From Patescibacteria group bacterium (GTDB taxonomy: Bacteria > Patescibacteriota > Minisyncoccia > Phycocordibacterales > UBA918): DNA of 64,000 nucleotides. The DNA is taken from positions 30,530 through 94,529 of the forward strand of contig JBBTRC010000005.1 in the NCBI GenBank assembly GCA_038065355.1. The letters are read 5' to 3'. The notes below the pieces were generated by a model that ran no database searches, had not been told where the DNA came from, and worked only from the letters and a program-made list of their open reading frames with translations. Numbering within the stretch: position 1 is the first letter of the stretch; every line of letters starts with the position of its first letter. Shown piece by piece: positions 1 through 8,966 of the stretch. Both the position numbers and the translations under genes were made by a program.

Positions 1-477
1 CAACTCGCTCCATTTTTCAACCTGATACTTTTCACTGATGTCAGCATCAGACAAATTGTTAAGTTGCGTGACAAATGCCCTGTAGATTTCAACTTCACGA
101 GCGAGACGCGCAACCATGACCGACTTTCGCTCGGCATAAAAATTTCCGCAACGGCCAAAGAGCCGTTCAAGCTCTGTCAATTCGGAGCGCTGCAATCCCT
201 GATCTAAGCTCCCTAAAAGTTCATCAAAGCGGGTCCTCTCTTCAAGAGCGCAGTCTCTGATTATTCGTTCCGTCACCGCGTCGGCTCCATTCCGAGCAGT
301 AGTTTCGGCTATCGTAGCTAAAATTCCGGCTTGTTCAGACACTAAAATTTCTGTTTGTAACGTGAGATCGGCTAGACGTTCCTTGATCGCAAATTGAACC
401 ACAAAATAACCGAGCACGAGCACGAGAAGTGTGATTAGCAGAAGACGACTTCTTTCTGAAAGATGTTTTTGTGCCAT
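1..477 (-). CDS. Hypothetical single-pass membrane protein with helical/coiled-coil body (runs off the window start)
   Basis: Not in the ORF track. ATG at 477 lies just after the stop of 479..2233; the frame is open to base 1: MAQKHLSERSRLLLITLLVLVLGYFVVQFAIKERLADL..., with an N-terminal TM. Confidence 0.75.
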   Translation of the reverse strand, partial: MAQKHLSERSRLLLITLLVLVLGYFVVQFAIKERLADLTLQTEILVSEQAGILATIAETTARNGADAVTERIIRDCALEERTRFDELLGSLDQGLQRSELTELERLFGRCGNFYAERKSVMVARLAREVEIYRAFVTQLNNLSDADISEKYQVEKWSEL

Positions 478-478
478 G

Positions 479-2233
479 TTATTTGCGACGATCGGTTAAT
501 TTTTTAACGTCCATAATTTCCTTCTCAACGGCCTGTTCGGAAGTCTGGAGAGCCTTGTCAAAATGCTCGAGCATCGCCATTTCAACTTTTGACAATTTCT
601 TAGTCTTTCTGGTCTCAGTCAGCGATGTCTCATATTCACGAAGTTTCTGCTGAAGCGCGTTGAATTCACGATGCAAAATTTCGAGCGCCTCGGTTGATTC
701 GGCTCCGACTTTGGTCCTAAACCGTCGCCAGGACAGGTAGAGTAACCAGAAACCGAGCACCAATAACGCGATGAGACCGAGGAGCGGAATAACTACCGAG
801 AGTACGTTGATGAGAAGTGATCCAATACGTATAAAGCCAGACTGTTGAACGGCAATCCTAATAACTTCAGAACGTTCGCTCTTGGCCCCATAGCTATCGG
901 TTGCGATAGCGGAAAGTTCGTAGACGCCGAGCGAAAAGCGGGCTTCGGGAATGAAAGTAAATGTACCGTGTTCGTCGCTTTGTACTGTATACAGTGAGAC
1001 GGCGTTACCAATTTTTTGCAGTGAGACTTCGACCGTTGCACCGGGTTTTGTTTTACCTTTTATGACCGGAATGACTGTTTCGCTTACTTCAGTCGGGTAT
1101 TCGGTGAATACGGGCCTAGCGAAGGCTTCAATAGTAAGCGCGTACGTAGCGATAAGGCTGTTGGCGGCACGGTCAAATGCTTCGATGATCACCGTGTGAT
1201 AGCCGGGCAAAAGCGATGGCAACGCGATGGTATTTGAGGCGTTTTTGTCTATAAATTCAAATGGTTCCGCTGCGTCAATTTTGACCAGGTAGCGGCCTAT
1301 TCCTGAGGTGACATCGACTACCTTGAGCTTCAAAGTTGGCTGTGGATTACCTAGGTCGGAATTTTCCGTCGATTCGATGGTGAAAGAGATTGGCTTTTCC
1401 GTATCAACAGCCATTTTATAGTGAGTTACTTTTCCCCAGCCATCAGCATTTCTAAATTGGATGTGAAAATAAGAAGCTCCTTCCGGCAAGTCAGGCAGTG
1501 AAATTGAAGAAATTGGCTCATCATATACTTTGGTAGGAATAGTGCTCGGAGATTGATCGAGTAGAGTTCGGACGCTCGTCACTCCGCTTGGGACATTCCA
1601 GGTTAGCTCAGCAGTCTTTTGTGCATACCAGGCGTTTGTATCTGCGTGCGTGGTTGAAACGACTTGCGGTGCGGCCGGGGTATTGGCCGGCGCTACGTAT
1701 TCGATTACTTCAGGCGTCGGCGCTATCGTGGCCGCTTGAATCGTGTAACTGCCGCCATTCATGGCAGTAAGCACATTCGTGCCTTTGCCGTCATTAGCCA
1801 GGACCGAACCACCGGTAAAGGAAACCCGGGGTGCTCCCGCACCGGCCGCTCGGAACGTGATGGTCATAATGGCACCGGCACTGCCGGTGTAGCCAGTCGG
1901 CGATCCGCCGCTAAAACTGATAGTTCCGGCACTGTTTGAAAATGTTGGCTCGGTAACCCAGAGGTTGAATATCGAACTCGACCGACTGACGGCAGTGACC
2001 GAGAGTTCTCGCGGGTTAAAGCTTAACGTACCGTCAGCGGCATTCACCGCTTGCCCGTTCGTGTTTACCATCACTCGTACAGAAAATGTACCGTTTGCTT
2101 GGTACACCCCAGTGGCTGGAGAAAGTGATAAGGTCGCGGCTTCGGCCGACGAAGCCAGCGAAAAAGTAAAAAACAGTAGCGCAAAAGCAAAAAATAATTT
2201 TTTGATGGGTAGTTGTGTAAAATAGCTAGTCAT
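479..2233 (-). CDS. Membrane-anchored cohesin-domain protein (signal peptide, cohesin-like, Ig-like repeats, TM, cytoplasmic coiled coil)
   Basis: ATLSLSP..FSVRVMVNT..VNAADGTLSF..ISFSGG..TITFRA..VLANDG matches the cohesin-like pattern; the C-terminal TM and EKEI tail are shared with 30818..32356. Confidence 0.8.
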   Translation of the reverse strand: MTSYFTQLPIKKLFFAFALLFFTFSLASSAEAATLSLSPATGVYQANGTFSVRVMVNTNGQAVNAADGTLSFNPRELSVTAVSRSSSIFNLWVTEPTFSNSAGTISFSGGSPTGYTGSAGAIMTITFRAAGAGAPRVSFTGGSVLANDGKGTNVLTAMNGGSYTIQAATIAPTPEVIEYVAPANTPAAPQVVSTTHADTNAWYAQKTAELTWNVPSGVTSVRTLLDQSPSTIPTKVYDEPISSISLPDLPEGASYFHIQFRNADGWGKVTHYKMAVDTEKPISFTIESTENSDLGNPQPTLKLKVVDVTSGIGRYLVKIDAAEPFEFIDKNASNTIALPSLLPGYHTVIIEAFDRAANSLIATYALTIEAFARPVFTEYPTEVSETVIPVIKGKTKPGATVEVSLQKIGNAVSLYTVQSDEHGTFTFIPEARFSLGVYELSAIATDSYGAKSERSEVIRIAVQQSGFIRIGSLLINVLSVVIPLLGLIALLVLGFWLLYLSWRRFRTKVGAESTEALEILHREFNALQQKLREYETSLTETRKTKKLSKVEMAMLEHFDKALQTSEQAVEKEIMDVKKLTDRRK

Positions 2234-3284
2234 ATAGAGAAGTGGGTGTTTCTATTTCTTTGTTCATTTCTTCCTCCTCGGGCGTAGCCAACCTCTTCCG
2301 ACGTCGGATGACATGCGTGACAACGATGCCGCCCACGACGAGCAACATGACCACCAAGAGAGCCAACACTCCGTTAAGAATCTGTACTGTAGCAATACCA
2401 CGCATGCTTGAATCCGGCACCAGGGTTGCAATGTATTCGTTCCCGGCCTTATCAAGCGCCCGTACACGGATAATGCTGTTGAGCGATTGGTCTTTGAGCA
2501 CGTAGGGACTGCGGGCAGTTATCCATGGTGCATCGGCGCGGCCCCAGATGAAGGTGCCAAATTCAGCTAGTGGCTGTTCTATTACTTGGTACTGGTCGAC
2601 GCCGGTTTGTTTGTCGGTGGTGTTAAACACAATGTAGTGTTTGCCTCCAAACGCCAACGTGTCCTTTTCGAGAGCGATACTAAACTCTTCCGGCGGCCTA
2701 ACGTCAGCCTGGACTGCTTCACGCCACGGGTCTTCCAACACCGCACCAGCTTTTTTTGTGAGCGCTATGGTCGCGCCGTAGACGGTGGGAGCCACCACAG
2801 TACCTTGCCCGTCGTTTAAATAGGCCGATGTAGCAGGATCAAAGTCAATATGAGCCACTGCGTCGTTCTCTCCACCAATAGCAAAGCCGGGTGATCTAAA
2901 AATTATGTTGATGAGATTATTGGTGAGGCGCGGGTCGCCTGAAATGCGACCGCAGTAACCATTTGGAATTCCGCCGGCAAAAGTGATAGTGCGTTTGTCC
3001 TTGTTAATGATGGGGTTTTCAACCCAGACATTAAAAATCGAATCTCCGATGGAGATATCAATCGGCACGACATTTTCGGTGTAAGTAATGACGGCGTCAA
3101 TCGCGTTCACGCATTCTTGTGCCGCCTCATCAACATCGAGCCGAACCGCGAGTGTGATGGCATCGCCGCGGTTGATCTCGCTGTGACCCGGGTCTATATA
3201 CAGAGACGCGGCAGTGGCCGAAAACGGCACAGCAACGCTACAAAAAAACAGCCCGAGGATAGCAATTCCTAACTTCCCTTTCAT
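2226..3284 (-). CDS. Membrane-anchored cohesin-domain protein (short form)
   Basis: ASLYIDP..VNAIDAVITY..ITFAGGIPNG..AYLNDG; Ig-like domain ending RALDKAGN; C-terminal TM followed by RRRKR. Confidence 0.78.
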   Translation of the reverse strand: MKGKLGIAILGLFFCSVAVPFSATAASLYIDPGHSEINRGDAITLAVRLDVDEAAQECVNAIDAVITYTENVVPIDISIGDSIFNVWVENPIINKDKRTITFAGGIPNGYCGRISGDPRLTNNLINIIFRSPGFAIGGENDAVAHIDFDPATSAYLNDGQGTVVAPTVYGATIALTKKAGAVLEDPWREAVQADVRPPEEFSIALEKDTLAFGGKHYIVFNTTDKQTGVDQYQVIEQPLAEFGTFIWGRADAPWITARSPYVLKDQSLNSIIRVRALDKAGNEYIATLVPDSSMRGIATVQILNGVLALLVVMLLVVGGIVVTHVIRRRKRLATPEEEEMNKEIETPTSLYD

Positions 3285-3335
3285 ATTCTAGATTATAGCA
3301 GTGAGACAACTCTGAAATGTAACCTGTGCACATAC

Positions 3336-3371
3336 AAAAAACCCTTCTCGTGGTGGGAGATAGGGTTTTTT
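3336..3371 (-). terminator. Intrinsic terminator after the subunit gene 3399..4556
   Basis: AAAAAACCCTTCTC...GAGATAGGGTTTTTT hairpin with T tracts on both sides. Confidence 0.75.
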
Positions 3372-3398
3372 GATTACTCCAAGCTTAGAGCCAATTTT

Positions 3399-4556
3399 TT
3401 AGAAAACTGGTGTTGCTACGTATGTCAACGTAGCTGTGTAGTCGCTAGCTGCTTCCTGCAAGCCGCCAATTTCTACTTTGTAACCGACACGAGTGGTTCC
3501 TTCTCCCTGTCCGGTGCCATCAGCGGGACCGGTGTGCCGAAACACTTCAACTGGTGACGTGAGAGCCGCAACAAAGCGATCCCCGCCGCTACCTACGTTG
3601 AAAGGATTGGTAAGTCCACTCGTGAGAGTGTCGTCATCTGAAGCAACGCCCCAGTGACCGTACGTATCTTCATCTCCGAGAGTCTCAGATGGCGCTTCCC
3701 AAGCAACGGCAACAGTATCTCCGTTACCGTTTCGGAACGAATCGATATCGGCACCATTGGTTGAGCTGAGTTGCTGGTCTGTGACTACCGTGACGACGAA
3801 ACCGTTGCGGGCGTTCGTTGTCACCGCGAGATCTTGAGCGGCAGTACTGGCTGTGTTGGCAGACAGTTCACCAAACGGAATTGTGGTGGCCGTTGTGGCA
3901 CCTCCGGTCGTGTCAGCTGTGTTGACTGCTTGGCCGCTTGTGACTCCACTCACTGTAAAAGTAAAGATGGTGTCGACAGAAGCGGTAACAGTCACTGAGC
4001 TAAGAATCATGACACGAGTTGAACCCGTGTCTGATGCTCCGGCTGTTGCGTTGATCTCATACGAACCAGCGGCAGGGTTGGTGAGCTGTGCGTTACCAGC
4101 ACCTCCTGAAGTGGCGTTGAGGCCAATTTCAATGGTGGTGGTACCGTTCGTTGGAATCGAGCCTCCGTCACCTGCACAAAACGTGATGGTGAGAGTCGTT
4201 CCTGAAAACGCTGCACTCGCTTGTTCCGAACCCGTACAATCAGCCGCTAACGTGAAATCTGAGGTGGTCGCAACGTCAATGTCGGTGTCATTCACTGAAC
4301 CAACGACGAATGGACCATCTGCAAAATCAAGTGTTATGGTTGACCCGTTTGCTACTCCGGTCGGAGTGGTAAACACGATGGTATGGTCTGACGCAACAGT
4401 CGGCGCTGAATCCGAAAGTGTGTCGCTAAAAGAGCTGACATTAGCAGCTTCCGCAAAGCGGAGTGACGGTAAACCTACTGACCAAAGAAAGATGGCGAGG
4501 CCCACAATCGCTGCTGTGGCTTGGAGCACGGAGAACGTTTGTGACGTTCTGTGCAT
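3399..4556 (-). CDS. Secreted two-domain WxL-like surface subunit (paralog A)
   Basis: Signal peptide; Thr/Ala/Gly-rich beta content; C-terminus DYTATLTYVATPVF resembles the WxL terminal strand (YxATLTWxL); paralog of 36482..37636. Confidence 0.65.
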   Translation of the reverse strand: MHRTSQTFSVLQATAAIVGLAIFLWSVGLPSLRFAEAANVSSFSDTLSDSAPTVASDHTIVFTTPTGVANGSTITLDFADGPFVVGSVNDTDIDVATTSDFTLAADCTGSEQASAAFSGTTLTITFCAGDGGSIPTNGTTTIEIGLNATSGGAGNAQLTNPAAGSYEINATAGASDTGSTRVMILSSVTVTASVDTIFTFTVSGVTSGQAVNTADTTGGATTATTIPFGELSANTASTAAQDLAVTTNARNGFVVTVVTDQQLSSTNGADIDSFRNGNGDTVAVAWEAPSETLGDEDTYGHWGVASDDDTLTSGLTNPFNVGSGGDRFVAALTSPVEVFRHTGPADGTGQGEGTTRVGYKVEIGGLQEAASDYTATLTYVATPVF

Positions 4557-4794
4557 ATACTCTACGTTGTATTAGCTCACAGACTTATAGCACGTGGTGT
4601 GTGCTACAACCAAGAAAACTTGTGTCGACATACTGGTCTCCACTCCGGTATGCTGAAAAGACGAACTGTGAACATACGTATTTGGTAACACTCGGCTGAA
4701 GCATCCCCGGCACCTTCTCTCGTCACTGCCGAGAGAAGGTGCCGGGCAGTAGCATTAAATTGACTACCTCCCAAATATGTACTCCTTCATTGTA
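4557..4794 (-). promoter_or_regulatory. Long structured 5' leader and promoter of subunit A
   Basis: TACAAT -10 at 4789-4794; perfect 17-bp hairpin at 4706-4746; multibranch fold over ~4563-4680. Confidence 0.55.
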
Positions 4795-4844
4795 CGATGC
4801 ACCCCAATCTATCCCTTGCAGTTATGCACAAATCTTTATTCATT

Positions 4845-5978
4845 TTATCCGCTCCAATTAAAAAGAAGAATCGAGAAGTCCTCAAGACTCACCCGACCGT
4901 TCCCGTTAATGTCAGCCGGGGGGTCTGAGTCTCCGCCATTGGTTTGCCACCAAAAAATCAAAATTGAAAAGTCGGTAAGATTAATTTTGCCATCGCGATT
5001 CAAGTCAGAGGGTGTAGTCGCACGACCTTCTATGCCCACAAAAAGCTGCAGGGAGCTGCTGAAACTACTTTGTGACGTGAGTGGCGGCGTACCGGCCACC
5101 GTGCGGGCGCGGAGTGTGTGTTCAGCTATGGATAACTGACTGGTGTTTAGACTAATGCTCCAGCTACCGTTAGCCGCCACGCTGGTTCGCTCAATGACGG
5201 TGCTGTTGTCGACATGTAGCTCAAGGGTGGTGTTGGGAACAGACTGACCAGATACAGTGACAGCCGCTCCTGGAATCACATTTGGGTTCGTGACTCGTAT
5301 CGTAGGCGGTAACAGCACGCCGTTAATATTCGTAATGGCGCCTTGCGTCACATCAAAAGTAGTATTGAGGGTGATCGACCGCGTGCCGCTCGTGTCGGTT
5401 GACCACACTCCAAGGGTGGCAGTTCCGGGCGATGCTTCAGCAGCGAACTCAAACGCGCCGCTACTGTTTGACTGTACTGAGCCGACAGATTCAGTGTCAA
5501 TTAAAAAATTTACAGTTCGCGACGGATAGGCTCTTCCGATAACGTTAATTTGGGTGTCTCCAAGATCACGATTACTACCACCGCCGCCGCCAGAGGAGCC
5601 GCCCGAGGAGCCGCCGCCGCCCGAACCGGCCGGCTCGACTTCACAAATTGCCGAGCAGAAGTCACCGTCGGTGTTGTTACCGTCGTCACATTCTTCTTGG
5701 TGAATTGTTTGCAAAATTCCGTCGCCGCAGTAAGGTCCAAATAAACACGAAACGGTGCACTGCCTACCGGCTATGGTTTGGCTATACACTCCGGTTTCGC
5801 CCGGCACGTCACATTGCTCACCGGGATCAACAATGATATTGCCACAAACACTTAAAGTGAGAGTGGTAGTAGCGGTAAACTGTGCCGCTACCGGTGTGGG
5901 CGTAAAGACTCCTAGCGCGTAAACGCACACCAGGGCTACCACCGCAGAGAATGTACAAAAAATGCTAACCTTTCCCAT
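4845..5978 (-). CDS. Secreted protein: Cys-rich DUF4215-like repeats, Ig-like domains and a C-terminal dockerin
   Basis: CGNIIVDPGEQCD / CGDGILQ..EECDDGN..DGDFCSAIC; Gly linker; duplicated Ca-loops DLNRDGKINLTDFS...DINGNGRVSLEDFS. Confidence 0.85.
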   Translation of the reverse strand: MGKVSIFCTFSAVVALVCVYALGVFTPTPVAAQFTATTTLTLSVCGNIIVDPGEQCDVPGETGVYSQTIAGRQCTVSCLFGPYCGDGILQTIHQEECDDGNNTDGDFCSAICEVEPAGSGGGGSSGGSSGGGGGSNRDLGDTQINVIGRAYPSRTVNFLIDTESVGSVQSNSSGAFEFAAEASPGTATLGVWSTDTSGTRSITLNTTFDVTQGAITNINGVLLPPTIRVTNPNVIPGAAVTVSGQSVPNTTLELHVDNSTVIERTSVAANGSWSISLNTSQLSIAEHTLRARTVAGTPPLTSQSSFSSSLQLFVGIEGRATTPSDLNRDGKINLTDFSILIFWWQTNGGDSDPPADINGNGRVSLEDFSILLFNWSG

Positions 5979-6924
5979 GACGCTTTCGTCGGCGTATGTG
6001 TAGGAAGTAGAGAATCACAATAAGCAGTGAGAAAATCGGCAACAAGACTGAAACTTTGTGCGCGAGTGAAAGCCCAATAAAGCCGAAGCTTGCGACCTGC
6101 AGCGTACCCTCCGGCAAAATACTAAGGCTAAGGTCGCCCTCCTGTTTTATATCTTCCCCATTAAGAATTCGATATCGTGCAATGTAGCTGTCAGCGGGCA
6201 GACGAGTCGGTAATTCGGCCAATACCTCACCGGTCGCGTATGGCGCTATCGGTTTCATTTTGCCAATGTTTTTTGTCTCCTCAAGTAGTACTTTGCCAGT
6301 CCGATCATAAATACGAAAATCCACTTTCGAAGGTGCAATATCGACGTTGCCAGTGTTTTCCACTAACATTTTAAAGCGGATTTTTCCGGGGAAAAATAAC
6401 CACCCGAGCTTGTGCCCTTCGTTTAAATCATCAACGGCCACTTTTCTAATGCGAAAATCTTTTATCTGTTTATCAATGACTGACAACTCAATGTCAACGA
6501 GTGCGCCGAGAGAAATACTCACCGCGCCTATTGCCACTTGTCCGTCCTCCGGCACCGTGCGAATGCGAATCGAACCTTCGTATTCCTTAAACTCAGCATC
6601 AGACGGCACGGTGACCCGTACTGTCATAGGTACCTTTTGTTCACCTCGCGGCAAGGAAATATTTTCACCCTCAACTATTTCTATCCAGGATTCAATTTCT
6701 GGAGCGTCGATGGTGATCTCCGCTTTTTGCGCCACATCAGGGTCACCGCGTACCAGGAGAATTTGCTGTTCATACACTGAGTTGCGAGTCAGGCTGGTGT
6801 TCTTCACATACGGCGGTGTAATACCAAAACCAGCAAAAACATCAGTCACGCCGGCACTGAAAAAAAACACTGGTACCAGCATAGAGACCACACACAGCTG
6901 TCGCGCTAACCCGCCCATGGACAA
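5965..6924 (-). CDS. DUF916/DUF3324-like (WxL-interacting, PapD-like) membrane protein
   Basis: Signal; FGITPP..; second domain with VENTGNVDIAP; C-terminal TM and basic tail; similar to 35286..36356. Confidence 0.6.
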   Translation of the reverse strand: MSMGGLARQLCVVSMLVPVFFFSAGVTDVFAGFGITPPYVKNTSLTRNSVYEQQILLVRGDPDVAQKAEITIDAPEIESWIEIVEGENISLPRGEQKVPMTVRVTVPSDAEFKEYEGSIRIRTVPEDGQVAIGAVSISLGALVDIELSVIDKQIKDFRIRKVAVDDLNEGHKLGWLFFPGKIRFKMLVENTGNVDIAPSKVDFRIYDRTGKVLLEETKNIGKMKPIAPYATGEVLAELPTRLPADSYIARYRILNGEDIKQEGDLSLSILPEGTLQVASFGFIGLSLAHKVSVLLPIFSLLIVILYFLHIRRRKRHGKG

Positions 6925-6955
6925 TTCACATAATTATCGAGAAAAAAGCCATAAA

Positions 6956-6990
6956 AAGCAACAACCACTGCGGGATAACAGTGGTGTTGT
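6956..6990 (-). terminator. Terminator-like hairpin after 7015..8889
   Basis: ACAACCACTG...CAGTGGTGTTGT stem followed by a T run on the minus strand. Confidence 0.55.
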
Positions 6991-7014
6991 GTACAAAGTA
7001 AAGGCGTGGATTTG

Positions 7015-8889
7015 TTACCAGTCGGTCGCTTCGGCCGTGACCGCGTAGAAAGTGTTGAGTCCTTGGTAGCTACCAGCGAGCGTGATGGAGATTGGTACGG
7101 AGATACCCCAGTAGGTCACTCCCGAACTTGGAGTTGAAGTGCTCGTTGTTTTGGCGACATCAAGTTCGACTTCTTGCACCGTTGATGAGGAAAGGATAAT
7201 AGCAAGCGGGCTGTTGTATGCCAGTGAGGTCGAGGCGAATTGTTGTTCGCTTTCAGGAATAGTTGAAGTAGCTGAGGGTGCGCATTCACTGCCAATGGCA
7301 AACGTACCGCACATTGATTCACCTTCAACTTCCTGGTCAAGCCCAGTGTTACCCACTGATAAGACAGAGGTAGTTGCGCTGAGCGTGCCGGTGTCGTCAC
7401 CTGGTTCAAGAGACCCGTACGGAATTTGAGCGGTGAGCAAATCAAGCGCAGTGAAACTAATCAGTTCAACCGGGTTGGTAGTCGTGGCCATTGAACTAGT
7501 CGCAAAGTCATCATCTGCCCCAGCTATTCCGACAGACCAGTTATCAGCCGCAAACGCCGCTGGCGTTTCGGGTGCCGCGTCGGTTGGGTCAGCTACGAAC
7601 CATAATGGGAACGTACAAGTATAGTCGAGTTGGTCGACGAATGGGCTGGTGCACTGCGTGCTCGAGGCAGTACAGCTTAAGTTCCAGGTTGTTGTTGCAA
7701 GGCCATTCGGGTAACAATAATTTGGATTATACGAACCAGCCGCGCCGGTACAGGTAGTGGTGCCGTAACTTGATCTGAACACAGATACTACGTAATCGGT
7801 AATCTCTGAACTTGAAGCGGAGGTCAGACAGCTGTTCGCATCACGAACGGTGAAGTCAAGTGTAAAGCCGGTTGTCTCGGCTCCCTCCTGAGTCAACGTA
7901 ATGTTTGAACCACTATTAAGGCTTATATCGCCGCCGAGGACAACCGGCGCAACGTTATTGACGGTGAAGTTTGATTGGTCGGGGTTAGCTAACGCTTCGT
8001 GTCCATGTTCGTCGATAATATAGCCGTAGGCTGGGTAGGGTGCGTCGCGCAAGATTGAAGCCAGCGTGTATGCCGCGTCTGCGTCAGCCGCCACACCGAC
8101 GGTGGTCGAGGCTAAGAAAGCAGATCCGCAAGAGTTGGTGGTAGGGTTGTAGCTGGTGTTGTCACTACAGACAATTAGATATATGTCATCCTCTCCCCCG
8201 ACGGAATCAGGGTCAGTTGAAGTTGAATTAAAGGTCACGATATCCCCGGGATCCTTCGGGCCGTCGTTCCAGACATTAGTCAAGACCGGGCGACTATTGA
8301 CGTTGAACGGTGACGAATTTGTCGCGCTGAAGCCCTGCACTGGCGTTGCATTACAGCGAGGATTGAATGGATCGTCGTCGCAGACCCAGGCGTACCAAGT
8401 GTTGAGTTCTGCGAAAGGTGCTACTTCTGCGGTAGTGGTAGAGACGCTGGCCAGCGCGCCGCTCGCGGCCGCCGTTGAAACTCCCCATTGTGTACCGCCA
8501 CCACAATCAGGCGGAGCGGTGCCTAGGTTGCCCGGACCAGCGGCCGCGTTGGCGGTCGGAGTGGCATTCGAACTACAAACAAGAAGGAAATACGGGGCGC
8601 CGTTACTGTCTGTGGCCACCGCCGCGAACTGGATGGCGGTACCAGAATTAGTGGGTGATGAAGTTGAGGATTCCACCACCTCATAGGCATCGGTTGTAAA
8701 GAAAGGCGGTGTGTTAAGCACCGTGAGCGTCGTCGTGGCCGACTGCGCTGACACCTTACTCAACTGCTGCGTTCCGGCATCAAATATGAAAGCCACCAAA
8801 AACACCGCCAAACCTACAACGGCGGTGAAGATGGTTATTTTTCCAGCGGTCTTTAGGTAGCGCGACTGCTCTTCTTTGTTATACAACAT
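7015..8889 (-). CDS. Cys-containing surface protein with two repeated Ig-like domains and a C-terminal domain shared with the giant protein
   Basis: N-terminal TM/signal; repeats YFLLVCS / IYLIVCS; C-terminal YGSL..GNTGLD..G..IP..QQFA..YWGISVP matches the end of 14109..30704. Confidence 0.75.
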   Translation of the reverse strand: MLYNKEEQSRYLKTAGKITIFTAVVGLAVFLVAFIFDAGTQQLSKVSAQSATTTLTVLNTPPFFTTDAYEVVESSTSSPTNSGTAIQFAAVATDSNGAPYFLLVCSSNATPTANAAAGPGNLGTAPPDCGGGTQWGVSTAAASGALASVSTTTAEVAPFAELNTWYAWVCDDDPFNPRCNATPVQGFSATNSSPFNVNSRPVLTNVWNDGPKDPGDIVTFNSTSTDPDSVGGEDDIYLIVCSDNTSYNPTTNSCGSAFLASTTVGVAADADAAYTLASILRDAPYPAYGYIIDEHGHEALANPDQSNFTVNNVAPVVLGGDISLNSGSNITLTQEGAETTGFTLDFTVRDANSCLTSASSSEITDYVVSVFRSSYGTTTCTGAAGSYNPNYCYPNGLATTTWNLSCTASSTQCTSPFVDQLDYTCTFPLWFVADPTDAAPETPAAFAADNWSVGIAGADDDFATSSMATTTNPVELISFTALDLLTAQIPYGSLEPGDDTGTLSATTSVLSVGNTGLDQEVEGESMCGTFAIGSECAPSATSTIPESEQQFASTSLAYNSPLAIILSSSTVQEVELDVAKTTSTSTPSSGVTYWGISVPISITLAGSYQGLNTFYAVTAEATDW

Positions 8890-8916
8890 AATAAATTTAT
8901 AATAAAAAACTAGCTT

Positions 8917-8965
8917 TACACATATTTTACACCGTTACTACACAGCCTATACACAAGTTATACAC
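8917..8965. promoter_or_regulatory. Five TACAC direct repeats phased at exactly 11 bp upstream of 7015..8889
   Basis: TACAC starts at 8917, 8928, 8939, 8950 and 8961; -10-like TATAAA at 8896-8901 (minus strand). Confidence 0.7.
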
Positions 8966-8966
8966 A

